A DNA stretch of 64,000 bases from Octopus vulgaris. Lineage: Eukaryota. The translations under genes were made by a program, and so were the position numbers. Each line of letters starts with the position of its first letter. The stretch's first letter is position 1. The stretch covers positions 41,602,001 to 41,666,000 of the forward strand of contig OX597825.1 of NCBI GenBank assembly GCA_951406725.2, given 5' to 3'. Of the stretch, positions 39,142 through 50,460 are shown one piece after another. A model generated the notes under the pieces. It was not told the origin of the DNA, ran no database searches, and saw nothing but the letters and a program-made list of their open reading frames with translations.

Positions 39142-41045
39142 TGTTGTGTAAGAGTATGACACCCCCTGATGAGAATGGACTAGACCACTACATACAAATA
39201 GTAGCAGTCTGAATTAGTGATGTAGTTCATGCTAGTTCCACAGTTCGTGTGTTGAGGTTGTTGTGTGTTGATTTCACTCCCATGTAAGTTATTGCTTTGT
39301 TAATTTGAATTAATGTATTGTTGAATTACTGAATTGCTGAATATGGTGTTGAATTTGTGATTTTTGAATTGTTGAAGATTTTATTTGGCTTCCCTATTTG
39401 TGAGTGAAGTGGTGAATAATGGAATTATGAATACGCAGGTCCAGACAGGCAGTTATGCTGCAGTAACAGCCAAAAGCCTGACAGCTGAGATACTGCAGAT
39501 ATGTAAACTGGAAGTAAAAGACATGGACTACAAGAAATTTGATACCTTGTTGAAGAAGGAAGGAGGATGCCTAAGATTAACACCCCACAAGGAAGTAAGA
39601 GAGAAGACAGAAAGAAAAATAATTACTTACTGAACGTTAAATATAGCGACAAGGAAGGTGGAAATAGCAGGCGTTGAAGCGATAGGGGAATGTTTAAAGG
39701 CCGTAAAAGAAGTAACTGCATTCTATAACAGAAGAGGAAAGTTTGGCACAGTGGAGATACTCTTTGTTAATGAGAACGAAGCAAAGAAATACTCCACCGT
39801 AGCCTTGAAATCAGCACAGTGGGCGCTGTTACCTACTTACTGTGGCCAGAGTGAGGATAGGGAGAGTGCCACCTGAAATTAATGAGGACTGGCTTGTGGC
39901 AGCCATCCTCTATAATACAGAGAAGAAAGCTGAGATACTGAAAATGTTAAAGACTGCAGAGGTCAACTGATGGGGGTATCGCCTGGAAGTGATGCTACAT
40001 ATCAGCCTGCCTGACCTCCATAAGGTTGCAGAAGAAATAATACTTCCCGATGAAACCAGACTAAGAATCATGGTGGAGGGTAGACCACCAATATGTTTCG
40101 AATGTGGAGTAAGCGGGCACTGAAGGCAAAGTGTCCCCAGAAACACGAACAGAAGGTGGTGGAGAAGGAGTGTCAAGAAGAAGTAAATGTAATAACAGAG
40201 AAGGAAGTAGAGTTCACTGAGGTAGAGAAGAGAGGAAATGGTGAATCTCCACCGAAAAAGAAAAAAAAAGAAAAGCAGAGAAAAAGGAAGAAAGAAAAAA
40301 ATGAAGCAATGGGAGAACAAACACAAGGCCTGGAGCCTTCAACAAGTAAGGAGGAGGGACAGAAGGAACTGGAAGATGAGACAGAAACACCAGCAATAGG
40401 GTCAGAGAATGAAGAGAGAAGGCCACTTAAAGGAAAACACAAAAGATGTACAAGAAAAGTGTAAAAATAGAAAAATAAACTGCAAAAATGAAAGGTGTAA
40501 TAAGAGTGCGATTGGCAGATAGGGAGGAGAATAGAAGCATGAAAGCAGTGTTGCTGGATGACGAAAGGGCAGCTAGACTGAAAGAGACATTTGGAAGTAG
40601 AGTTGATAATACACCATTACAGGTTCGATATTATGAATTACCACCAGTGATAAATTTTGAAGATCTAATGTTTTCTTTGTTGTAAACAAGATACAAACTG
40701 AATTGTAAAAGATAAATGGAACTTTCTACTTTGGTGGGTAGAAAGCCATTTCATCATCATAATTTTTCCACCTCATAATTCATTCGTTAATTGTTATATG
40801 TACTCCACGTTTGTGTTGTCTGTCCTTGGAATGTCCCTTCTATATATAAGGCTTTATGTCTATAATAAAGAGAAATGTTCCACAGTTCATGTGTTGATAG
40901 TTTAAAGTTTACAGTTCAAGTTAGCATATTGGATTGTTAGTTCTTAAAAGTTTGTTGTAACATTCCATGTGGTTACTGCCTTTTGTTTCGATTATCTTGT
41001 CATTACACAGTTGCAGTGTATTCATTTATCCATAAGGATATAACA
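39142..41045 (+). promoter_or_regulatory. Putative gypsy 5' LTR, split by a 1.6-kb insertion
   Basis: TGTTG start (39142), ATAACA end (41045), PBS-like TGGTGACAAG at 41048, gag at 41102; ~260 bp once the insert is removed. Confidence 0.6.
39256..40876 (+). mobile_element. ORF1-only L1/Tx1-derived (HAL1-like) non-autonomous retroelement
   Basis: SYAAV start, RVRIGRVPPEI, VEGRPPICFECGVSGH/LKAKC knuckle (frameshifted), K/E-rich tail, 3' hairpin 40722-40745, AATAAA at 40864; 21-bp flanking repeats 39235-39255 / 40877-40897; no ORF2 motifs. Confidence 0.75.
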
Positions 41046-41101
41046 TCTGGTGACAAGGCTTTTTCAAAACTCACATTGGTTATTTTGACAATTTCTCCAT
41101 C

Positions 41102-42083
41102 ATGGAAAACCTATTAGCTGCAGTAGTACAGCTTCAAGAGAAGCAACAGAAACAACTACAGGAGCTGCAAAAACAGATACTACAACAACAATTAATTGCG
41201 TTACAGTTGGCGATGTCTGAAAATCCAGTAAGCTCGTTTATGCCAGATGGCATGGTTGACACAATTTCTGAATTTACGTATAATCCAGAAGAGAGTATTA
41301 TGTTTCCTGTGTATTACAGAAGATATGAGGAAATGTTTAACAATGAGTACAAGTCATGGTCGGAGGAGCAGAAAGTAAGGTTTTTACTATGCGAGATTGC
41401 CCCTGTCAAGCATGAGTATTACTGCAATGTTATTCTAACCCAAATTAAGTACTTAGGGCAAATAATTGATAAAAGTGGTAGACGTCCTGATCCATCGAGG
41501 ACAGATGCAATAAGGGATATTCCAACTTTACAAGCATTTCTTGAACTGGAAAACTACTACTAAAACTACATTCCTAACATGCAGAAGTCAAGAGCTCCCT
41601 TGAACGACTTATTAAAGATGGAGTAAAGTGGAACTGGTCCACTAAATGCTAGATCACATATGAAGAAATAATATTCTAATCTCAGACCTGTCATTAGCAC
41701 ATTACGAACCCGAGATGAACACCATTGTAGCATCTGATGCTTCTGAACATGGATTAGGTGCAGTTCTACTTCATAAATATGAAGATGGAAGTACAAAACC
41801 AGTGGTTCAGGCTTCACACTTACTGATAGCAGCAGAGAAGAGATATAGTGAAATTGAAAAGGAGGCCCTAACAATTATTTTTGCAGTTAAAAAGTTTCAC
41901 AGGTTTCTACATGGTAGAAAGGTTTTTATTACATACAGACCATAAATCTTTGCTGTTGATCTATGCATAAAAAAAATATTACCAACTCATACTGCGAACC
42001 ACTTGCAATGTTAGGGTGTAATATTACTAAATTATAATTTGAAAACGCAAAATATTACATAGAAAAATATTGGTCATGCAGAG
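41102..42083 (+). mobile_element. Internally deleted Mag-like gypsy (gag N-terminus fused to RT end, RNase H)
   Basis: FTYNPEESIMFPVYYRRYE joined to IKYLGQII; VASDASEHGLGAVL, YSEIEKEAL, KKFHRFLHG. Confidence 0.9.
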
Positions 42084-42084
42084 A

Positions 42085-42277
42085 GGTGGCAGAATCATTA
42101 GCATGTCAGGCAAAAATGCTTAGCAGCATTTTATCTGCCTTTACGTTCTGATTTTAAATTCCACAGGGTTGACTTTGCCTTTCATCCTTTCAGGGTCACT
42201 ATAATAAGTACCAGTTAAACCCTGGGGTTGAAATTTCAAGCCTTGTGCGTTTAGTAGAAAGGATTATTATTATTATT
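42085..42277 (+). mobile_element. Nin/Deu-domain SINE, family B
   Basis: 'ggcagaatcattagcatg...gactttgcctttcatcctttcagggtc...gaaaggattattat'. Confidence 0.8.
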
Positions 42278-42499
42278 AAAAATTTTCCTTGGTATCTGTT
42301 GTATTTACACATTTTCCCCAAGCCGTCACTTGGACACATAAAGAAGATAAGAAATATGTTTGTAATATTTTGGATGATTATATGACATCAAGAAGTGCTA
42401 GAACTGGATAGATTTGAGATGATTTTTCCTTGTGTCATATAATTATTGTTCCTGTTGTTGTTGCTATTCCAAAGCTATTATGGGCAAATTTTATAAACA

Positions 42500-42960
42500 A
42501 GGTTTAGTAATGACCAGTATCCCCAATTCTCAAAAATCTTTCTTAGAATTCTTGCAAAAATAAAGGATAGCAGTTTTCTGCATATTAGCAATGGGATTTT
42601 CAGTTCCAGTGTCTTTCAGCCTCTTAGATAGTAGTTTGGTTGTTGTAGGAGTTGTACCAATTACCACAGGAAAAATTCTTGTCTTAGTCATCTATAATCT
42701 CTTCAATTAACTAGATCCTGATATTTCACAATTTTTGTCCTCTTCCTAGCTATGGATTCTGTTATTAAATAGAACTGCAAGGTTTATTATCTAACACTGT
42801 TTGTTTGTTCTTTTATAATCATATCTGGCTTTCTTTTTTGCTTTTCTTTTTTGCTCCAGCGGTATGGTTAGTCTCTATGGGGAACTCCCATTCATGGGGA
42901 ACTCTCATATGCTCCTGTAATTCTTATTTTCTATCACAGCCTCTGGTTTGTGTTCATTGC
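42500..42960 (-). mobile_element. R4/Dong-like RLE 3' fragment
   Basis: Similar to 36540-36870 ('tcttagaattcttgca', 'ccaattaccacagg', 'tcctgatattt'). Confidence 0.55.
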
Positions 42961-44546
42961 ATTTTCCTGCTATTTTGAAGCCACACATTATTATTATTCA
43001 GTCAGAGAGGTTGAGTAAACTTTACAAAATTCTCTATTGGATTTCCATTGAAGTATGTGATTTTGAAAGAGGAATATGCTTCTCGCTTCATTTCTTATAT
43101 ATCATCAAAGCAAGCATAACCTTTTTAACTGAAACTATCAGAGTAATGAGAAGAGACTCCTTCAATGAAAATCACAGAATAACAATTCCAACAAAGCAAG
43201 AAGAGTATCAATTACAACTATGATAACAGTAATAATGATGACATCAACAAAAGCACCAATGAAAATTATGGTGGACTATTACATAATTGTTGAAGTTGAT
43301 AGAAACAGCAGCCAAATTTCTCTCAAATCACACACTATTTGATAATGTAGCCTTTCTTTTTCTTTTGCATTACCTTTAGACTAATGAACAACCCTTGGGA
43401 ACTTCCTGTTGGTATATAGTGATACACCAATACAATTTTCATGGAAAATTAAAGAACAATTTTCCTTTGTACAATATTAAAAATCTTTCTACTTTCAAAT
43501 TTTTCTTATTCTCTTCATGGCCATCATATTTCTTGTCATTTTGTATGTTGAAATTTCGTTTTTTATTTTTGGCTCCAAAATTATGAAAAATATCATGTGT
43601 AATTGTTAAGATTCCAAAACTCAAAAACATTGACCTCCCCTCCTCCTGTAATTCTTAGTTTCATTCTCTTTCAGAGATCAAGCAGCTACTCAGATAGAAT
43701 GATTCCATATATGTCTCAGGGACACATAATCCAATTTGTAGTGTTGATATTATCAAACGATGGTAATATAACAGAATAACTGAGCTGAAAAAATGAGCAG
43801 ATGAAAATAAATGCAAGAAACTTTTAGCAACTTTTCTCCTTCTCAAGAATGAAGAACAAATAAGATGAATTGTATGAAAGAGAAGGAAATAAAAAAGGAA
43901 ATAAAGTAAGAATAAAGCTCAGCAAGAAGAAATAAAAGATGTCATAAAACAAAAGCAAGGACAAGAAGCAAAAGGCTAAAGTTTTTCTCATGTTTAATTC
44001 AGTCCACTTAAATATTTCTTTCAGTTGATTCTGTCTTTATTCTCAAAGATCTTGAAATGCAAATGATGTTTCCAGCATGTATCTATTAATACAATTATAT
44101 AGAAAGTAGGCCGGCAGCAAAGGGTTTTTTTTTTTATGGGGGTGGATTCTCTTCATGCATTGGTACACCATATAAAGCATTTGGACAGGTTGTTTTAATG
44201 TGGCTAGTGTATTGAATCCAGAGAGCCTGCAGAGACAAGAAAAAATAGTCAAGTTTGAACCATTGAAAACGTATCATTAACTTACATGAAATATAGAGAA
44301 TAAGTAGAGTTGAGAGAACAAATAGCTGGTTAGTAAAAGGATCAATTGATATACTGGAGTGATGAATACTTGTGATGGTGAGAGATGGAAATTGATGAGC
44401 TCTAAATAAAAGTGTGCTCAGTGTACTGACAGAGGAAAAAAACCTAGGGCAGTGAAAGACCAATGATGATATTGGAAAAAAAGGTAAGTAAAGATGGCTA
44501 AGTAAATATATATATATATATATATATACAGCAGTACCATTATGTA

Positions 44547-44589
<43 letters not shown>

Positions 44590-44689
44590 ATGAATACAGC
44601 AAAGTACAAAGAATATAGAAACAATCAATGAAGTGAGAGTTAGCAACGAGTTCAGTGATGAAAAATTTAAGTAGTTCTGTGTGTCTTGA

Positions 44690-45384
44690 GGAGTTCTGGC
44701 TCTTTATGCTTCAGGAACTCTACTGGGTAGTTGTCCACTCATGTAATTTACCTTTCTGCTATGCACATTACTTGTACCTCTTTGATTTAGTTGTGATGTA
44801 GGCTATCTCCAAGTTTTCTGCTGTAGTTAAGAGTGCTGTTGTTATGACTAAATTTACAGCTGTAAAGTTCATTGCAGTACTCAAGGCATCTTTTGATAAT
44901 TGCAGTCTAGTCTCTCAGTGACAATACTGATGGGTTGCTGCATTTTATGATCCTCTTTAAAATCTCAAAAGCGGCCTCATGTTGCTATCCTTTATTCTAG
45001 GTTTGATGCTATCACACTGATGCTGTTTCACTTGACATCCTCCATTTTCTTTTTGATCTCAAAATCCTGTATACTGCCAGAATGTCTTTGGTGATCTATG
45101 TCTTTCTCCTAGCACTTCCAAAAATAATTCAGCAGAGTTCTTCCTTGGTGTTGTCATTCAGGATGTTGATATCTTCCTCTTTGTAATCTAAGAGCTTTAA
45201 ACCTGCTGCTTATATTGACTTGTAATACTACTGAAACCTCTGGGTCTTCCAGCTTCTCCACATTGAATCAGGCAGTTCTTTGTTTAAAGACTGTACTCAA
45301 CTTGAAATGGAATGTCATCAGTACCATGTCAAGATCACTGTTGACATCATGGAATATCTTGGTCTTCCTCCACCTCCTCCACCT

Positions 45385-45415
<31 letters not shown>

Positions 45416-46569
45416 ATCATCATCATTTAATGTCCGTTCTCCATGCTGGCATGGGTTGGATGGTTTGACTAGGGCTGATAAGCTGGAAGGCTTCAACAGA
45501 CTCCAGTCTGATTTGGCATGGTTTTCTGTAGTTGGATTCCCTTCCTAATGCCAACCACTCCATCAGTTTAGAGTCTAATGGGTGCATTTACGTGCCACTG
45601 GCATGGGTGTCATTTGCATGACACTGGTATCTGCCATGACTGCGATTTTGCGTGGCTTGATGGGTCTTCTTCTCAAGCATGACATAATGACAAGATCTCG
45701 GTCATTGCCTTTGTGAGGCCCAACACTTGAATGGAATTCAGCCACTTTGCCTCCATGAGGACCAATGCTCGAAAGGAACTCAGCCACTTTTGCTTCTGTG
45801 AGGCCCAACGCATGAAAGGAACTCAGTTACTTTGGCTCTGTGAGGTCCAATGGTCCAACATTGTTCTTCTTGTGCCACTGGCATGGGAGCCAAGTTATGT
45901 AACACCAACATCAGCCATGACTACAATTTTACTTCTCAAGCACAGCATATCACCAAAGGTCTCAGTCACTAGTCATTACCTCAATGAGGCTAAAAGTTTG
46001 AAGATCATGCTTCACCACTTCGACCCATGTCATTTTGGGTCTACCTCTATCACAGGTCCCCTCCACAATTAGAGATTGACACTTCTTTACACAGCTGCCC
46101 TCATCCATATGCATCACATTACCATACCAGTGCAGTTGCCTCTCTCGCACACCACATCTGATTCCTCTTATACATAACTTTTTTCTCAAGATGCTTACAC
46201 TTTGTCAAACATGCACACTGACATTGCACATCCAGTGAAGCATACTGGCTTCAATATTTTCTTAGCTTTGTAAATAAAAGACTTGAACTTTTGGTGTATG
46301 AGGATAAAGTATGAGTCTCATCTGCTTATGAGTCTCATCTCACCAACATATGCATGATGCATTTTGTTCTTCAGAATGTCTTTTGTGCCAAATATGTATT
46401 GGTGGGGGTAGCTTATGACTGATGGAAAATTTTAGAAGCCATAGTCCACAATCATTGGTTTCTTGAATCCCCATACACCCCACTGCATTTGGGGCTACTT
46501 TGGACATCTTTGTTTGGAGTTGTCTTGATAGTCATCTCTAGATTTTCCTAAACCTTTTCAACTGGATCA

Positions 46570-46607
<38 letters not shown>

Positions 46608-46900
46608 GGTGCTGGAGCATAGACTTCAATGATTATTGTATTCTGAGGTCTTACAGCAATACTTGTGACAGTGAATCTGTTGAATACTGTGTTCAACTGA
46701 TGACTGAATTTAATATGCTCCTGCTGACTTTCAGGCCTATTTCATGTTGATGCCCACGATCAGATCTACTGTACTACATTTTGTAGCTTTCTCTGAAGTC
46801 ATTTCTCATAAGTCCACTCTAATATACCTCATGTGTGTTAGGCAAGTTGGTGAGTAAGTTCCAGAAAGTTAAATCAGGCTATTAGAATTGCTTCTCCAAC
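44690..46900 (-). mobile_element. Old RTE-like LINE (APE/linker fragments) interrupted by a younger RTE
   Basis: DVNSDLDMVLMTFHFKL...FNVEKLEDPEV at 45240-45360; APE-like pieces at 46250-46900. Confidence 0.55.
45412..46255 (-). mobile_element. RTE 3' fragment with internal ~42-bp minisatellite
   Basis: (CAT)n tail, WYGNVMHMDE..CVKKC..GRPKMTW; repeats at 45710-45850. Confidence 0.85.
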
Positions 46901-48010
46901 TAAATGTACATGAATGTCAACATGATGACAGAGCAGTGTATGAATAGTTTATAAAATTTTAGAACTATCTTTTTTATAAGAAAAGATCAGAAACAAGATT
47001 AAAAAAATAAAAATGTTAAAGTTAAAGAAAACACTTAAAATATCAAATAAATCTAATGTGATAATGAGATTTTGGAGATCACACTAAAATTTTAAAATCT
47101 ACAAAACAACTTTAGAAATAATTTTGCAACAAATTGATTTTTAATGATTCTGTCACTTTAAGAATGTAAGGTATCACAAGGACAATTTGAGCTCAAGATT
47201 ATGACACATTCCATCAAATATTGATATCATCAATTCCTAAACAAGAAGAATGCCATTCTTTGGGTTTATATTTTGCAGCTCGAACTAGTCATAGGTCTAA
47301 GGCCAACCTTAGCATAAGTTAAACTCAGAAGTGTGTTCCACCAAACAGAAAATGTGAAATATTCAATTTAGTTTTTATGTCATTGTTGTTGCTACTGTTA
47401 CAGTTGCTACCATTGCCATTGTTGTCAGTGTTGACCGTATTTTTGGTATTGATCTCATCATTTTTACTCCAGCCATCTGATCTACTTGAGATGCCTTCTA
47501 TGACAAAGTGAAATAAAGTAATCTGTTTCCTTAATGTCTAAAAAGGCTGTTCTAAATATAAATGAAACCAGAACTATGGATGTATCATATTTCCCTACTA
47601 CCTCTACTCTCATTTGCTCTAGTCTTTTATACTTCTTCACCAAAGGTATATCTGATGTGTGAATCTTCAGTTCGCTTCACCCACCTGTATGAGAAACATC
47701 TCAAATAAAGTTGTATAAGACTGGTACATGTTTGTGTAATGTAGGTCAAATGAATGCACAAAAAACTTATACCAAGAGACACTAATATGCTTATCCAGCT
47801 GAAACATACGTCGGAATGTAATATTTCTTTATTTTAATGTCTTGATTACATCTATCTATTTGTCTGTCTATCTCCCTCTATGTCTCTCTCTCTCGATACA
47901 TGCATGCATATATACATGCATACATGCAAACATGCATGCATACATACATGTATATGCAAACAAGCAAGCATGCATGCATGCATTCATACATACATACATA
48001 CATACATACA

Positions 48011-48043
<33 letters not shown>

Positions 48044-48477
48044 TTCATTTTTGGATTTGGTTTGCAAGATTCTTTATGTGTGTTCGTGTGTTGAAGCATA
48101 TTCTGTCGTGTCTGGGAGAGTCATTCTCTTTTAGTGCCTTATAATTTAACAGACTCACTGGTAAAATATCTACTCATTTCCTTCTTTATTTTTCTAAAAT
48201 TTTCGTTATCTTGCAACCATTTCCATATTGAAGAGGCTGCAAGACAAAGTTTTCTGGCTGCTGACAAATTTTCTTGCTATATAAAAAAAAAAAAGAATTT
48301 TATATATATATATATATATACTCCTCAGTATCTACGCATTGAATAAAATTTATCTTTCTGCTTGTTCAACAATACATTTTAATGCTTCAAAAACAAACAT
48401 ATGACATAATCAATATGACATCTAGTGTTCCTGGATGATTCTATAACTTCTTAAATTGCCGAAAGGTCTGGTGATCA

Positions 48478-48551
48478 GGCAGTTTAGCTTAAATGGTAAA
48501 GCATTCCAACTGGATATTGCAGGGATATGAATTCGATCCTCATGACTGGCT
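48478..48551 (+). pseudogene. tRNA-derived Pol III head (tRNA pseudogene or SINE-like)
   Basis: GGCAGTT/GACTGGC acceptor-like stem, GCTT-AAATGGT-AAAGC D arm (A box), ATGA-ATTCGATC-CTCAT T arm (B box); anticodon arm does not pair. Confidence 0.7.
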
Positions 48552-48619
48552 GCTGACAAATTTTTCTGCTTTTAGTTTGGATATTGTTATATTTCAGATG
48601 GTCATTTTCTTTTTATCAA

Positions 48620-49430
48620 ATAAACACATGTACTATATATTCATTTTTCACTTGTTTATTACTGTTCTTATTTTATTTATGTCCATTGTCTGAAAATCTT
48701 TCATCACAGATTTGTGACCTCTTCAGGCCATGTCTATCCACCTGCTCCACTTAGTCCATTCTGTCTTATAATGTGTATCTTTGTCTGTCCATGTGTTGGC
48801 GTCTGTATCTGTGTGTGTGTTTGTGTGCGTGTGTGTATGTATATGTGTGTCTGTGTTTTGTATGTGTGCTTACACATGTGTGTATATGGATTCACCCACT
48901 ACACTGTTTGTATCTCTGCCCTTTATACTGTTGTCACCATAATCATCATTGTTCTTAGTGGTTCTTCATATGTTGACCCTCCCTCACCTATGTTTTCTCT
49001 TGTTGTTGCTGCTGCTGTTTTTGACTCTTATTTTGACATTGTTCTTCTATTTTTCTGTGTTGGCGGAGTCAACATACGAAGTACCAAGAACAATGACAAT
49101 GGCTGTAACACCACTATAAAGGGGCAAGATACAAACAGTGTAGTGGGCAAGCCCATATACACAACATAAGCACACATGCAAAACACACAGACACACGTAT
49201 GCACAGATGCGCACACACACTGATACAGACACAAATGCATACACAGATAACGATACATATCATAGAAGGACAGAACGAACTAAGTGGAGTAGGAGGATAC
49301 ACCTAGACAGAAAGGGTCGCTGAAGAGGTCAGAGATGTATGATGAAAGATTTCCAGACAATTGACATAATATAAAGAAGGAACAGTAATAAAGAATGAAG
49401 GATGAATATATTGTGCACGTGTTTATTTAG
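48620..49430. repeat. Diverged inverted pair (~360-bp arms) with HHR-like cores; probable Penelope pseudo-LTRs
   Basis: 48620-48982 is the reverse complement of 49063-49430 (e.g. 'cccactacactgtttgtatct' / 'agatacaaacagtgtagtggg'); CTGAAGA..GAAA near each outer end. Confidence 0.8.
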
Positions 49431-49491
49431 CAAAAAAAAAGACCCCCAAAATATAACAATATATATATACAAACATATATATGTATGTATA

Positions 49492-49525
<34 letters not shown>

Positions 49526-49584
49526 CAAACATATATAATGTATGTATATATATATATATATGTATGTATATAAATATATATAGA

Positions 49585-50195
49585 AGGAAATGAAGCTAGC
49601 ATGCTCCATTGGATGGGTAATGTCAATGTGCACACAACAACAAAGTGTAAATGATATAAAAGGAAAGCTAGCTATAAGAGACATCAGATGTTGCATGCAA
49701 GAGAGAAGACTGCTGGTATGGTCATGTGATGCATATGGATGAAGACAACTGCATAAAGAAGTGTTGAGCTCAAACCATGGAGGGAACCTGTGGAAGGGGT
49801 AGACTCAGGATGAAATGGTGAGAAAGAATTTTCAGACACTGAGCCTCATTGAAGAAATGACAAAGGGACAGGGAATTGTAGCTATTTGCTATTCTTGAGA
49901 AGATGTGTCAAGTTAAATAAAATCATTGTCATCTATAAATACAGGCATGTCCTTTACAGGTGCTGGTGTCACATAAAAAGCACCATGCTGGTGCTTTATG
50001 TACACACCCATACCAGTGGCACATGAGGAGTAGCCAGCATACTCTGTAAAGAGGTTGGCATCAGGAATCAAGCTGTAGAAACCAAGTCACAACAGATGAT
50101 TGGGCTCTGAACAGCTCCCCGGCTGGTCGGCTCCATGTCAAACCATCCAACTCATGTCAGCCTTGAAAACAAATGTTAAACAATGATGATGATGT
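49585..50195 (+). mobile_element. Degenerate RTE 3' fragment with GAT tail
   Basis: RNEASML, WYGHVMHMDED.CIKKC, 'gttaaacaatgatgatgatg'. Confidence 0.8.
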
Positions 50196-50394
50196 TTGAT
50201 TCTCTGTCTGAAGAATTTTAATAGGAAATTTCTTACAAGTTTATCTAACATATACACTTTTGTGATACCTATTAGCAAATGAAACATGTATAATGGTGAA
50301 TAAATAACACCAAAATATTTTCCAAATTCCTATTATATATATATATATAAGTAAATGAATAATAAGAGAATAAGAGATGATGGATAAAGATCTG

Positions 50395-50460
50395 TTCATT
50401 ACAGCTGTTTCTTACACATTTTAGATAGACGAGTGCAAAAAAACGTAATCATCAGATGAA
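50395..50460 (-). ncRNA. Type I hammerhead ribozyme-like motif
   Basis: Minus strand TTCAT-CTGATGA-TTAC..(long loop)..GTAA-GAAAC-AGCT-GTA-ATGAA: stems I and II pair, core intact. Confidence 0.7.

Noticed and set aside
38400-42960. A single R4-like LINE split by the gypsy insertion
   Set aside because: Both pieces contain the same C-terminal RLE region, so they are separate copies.
48478-48551. Functional tRNA gene
   Set aside because: Anticodon stem does not pair, acceptor and T stems have mismatches, and no oligo-T terminator follows immediately; treated as a tRNA-derived head.
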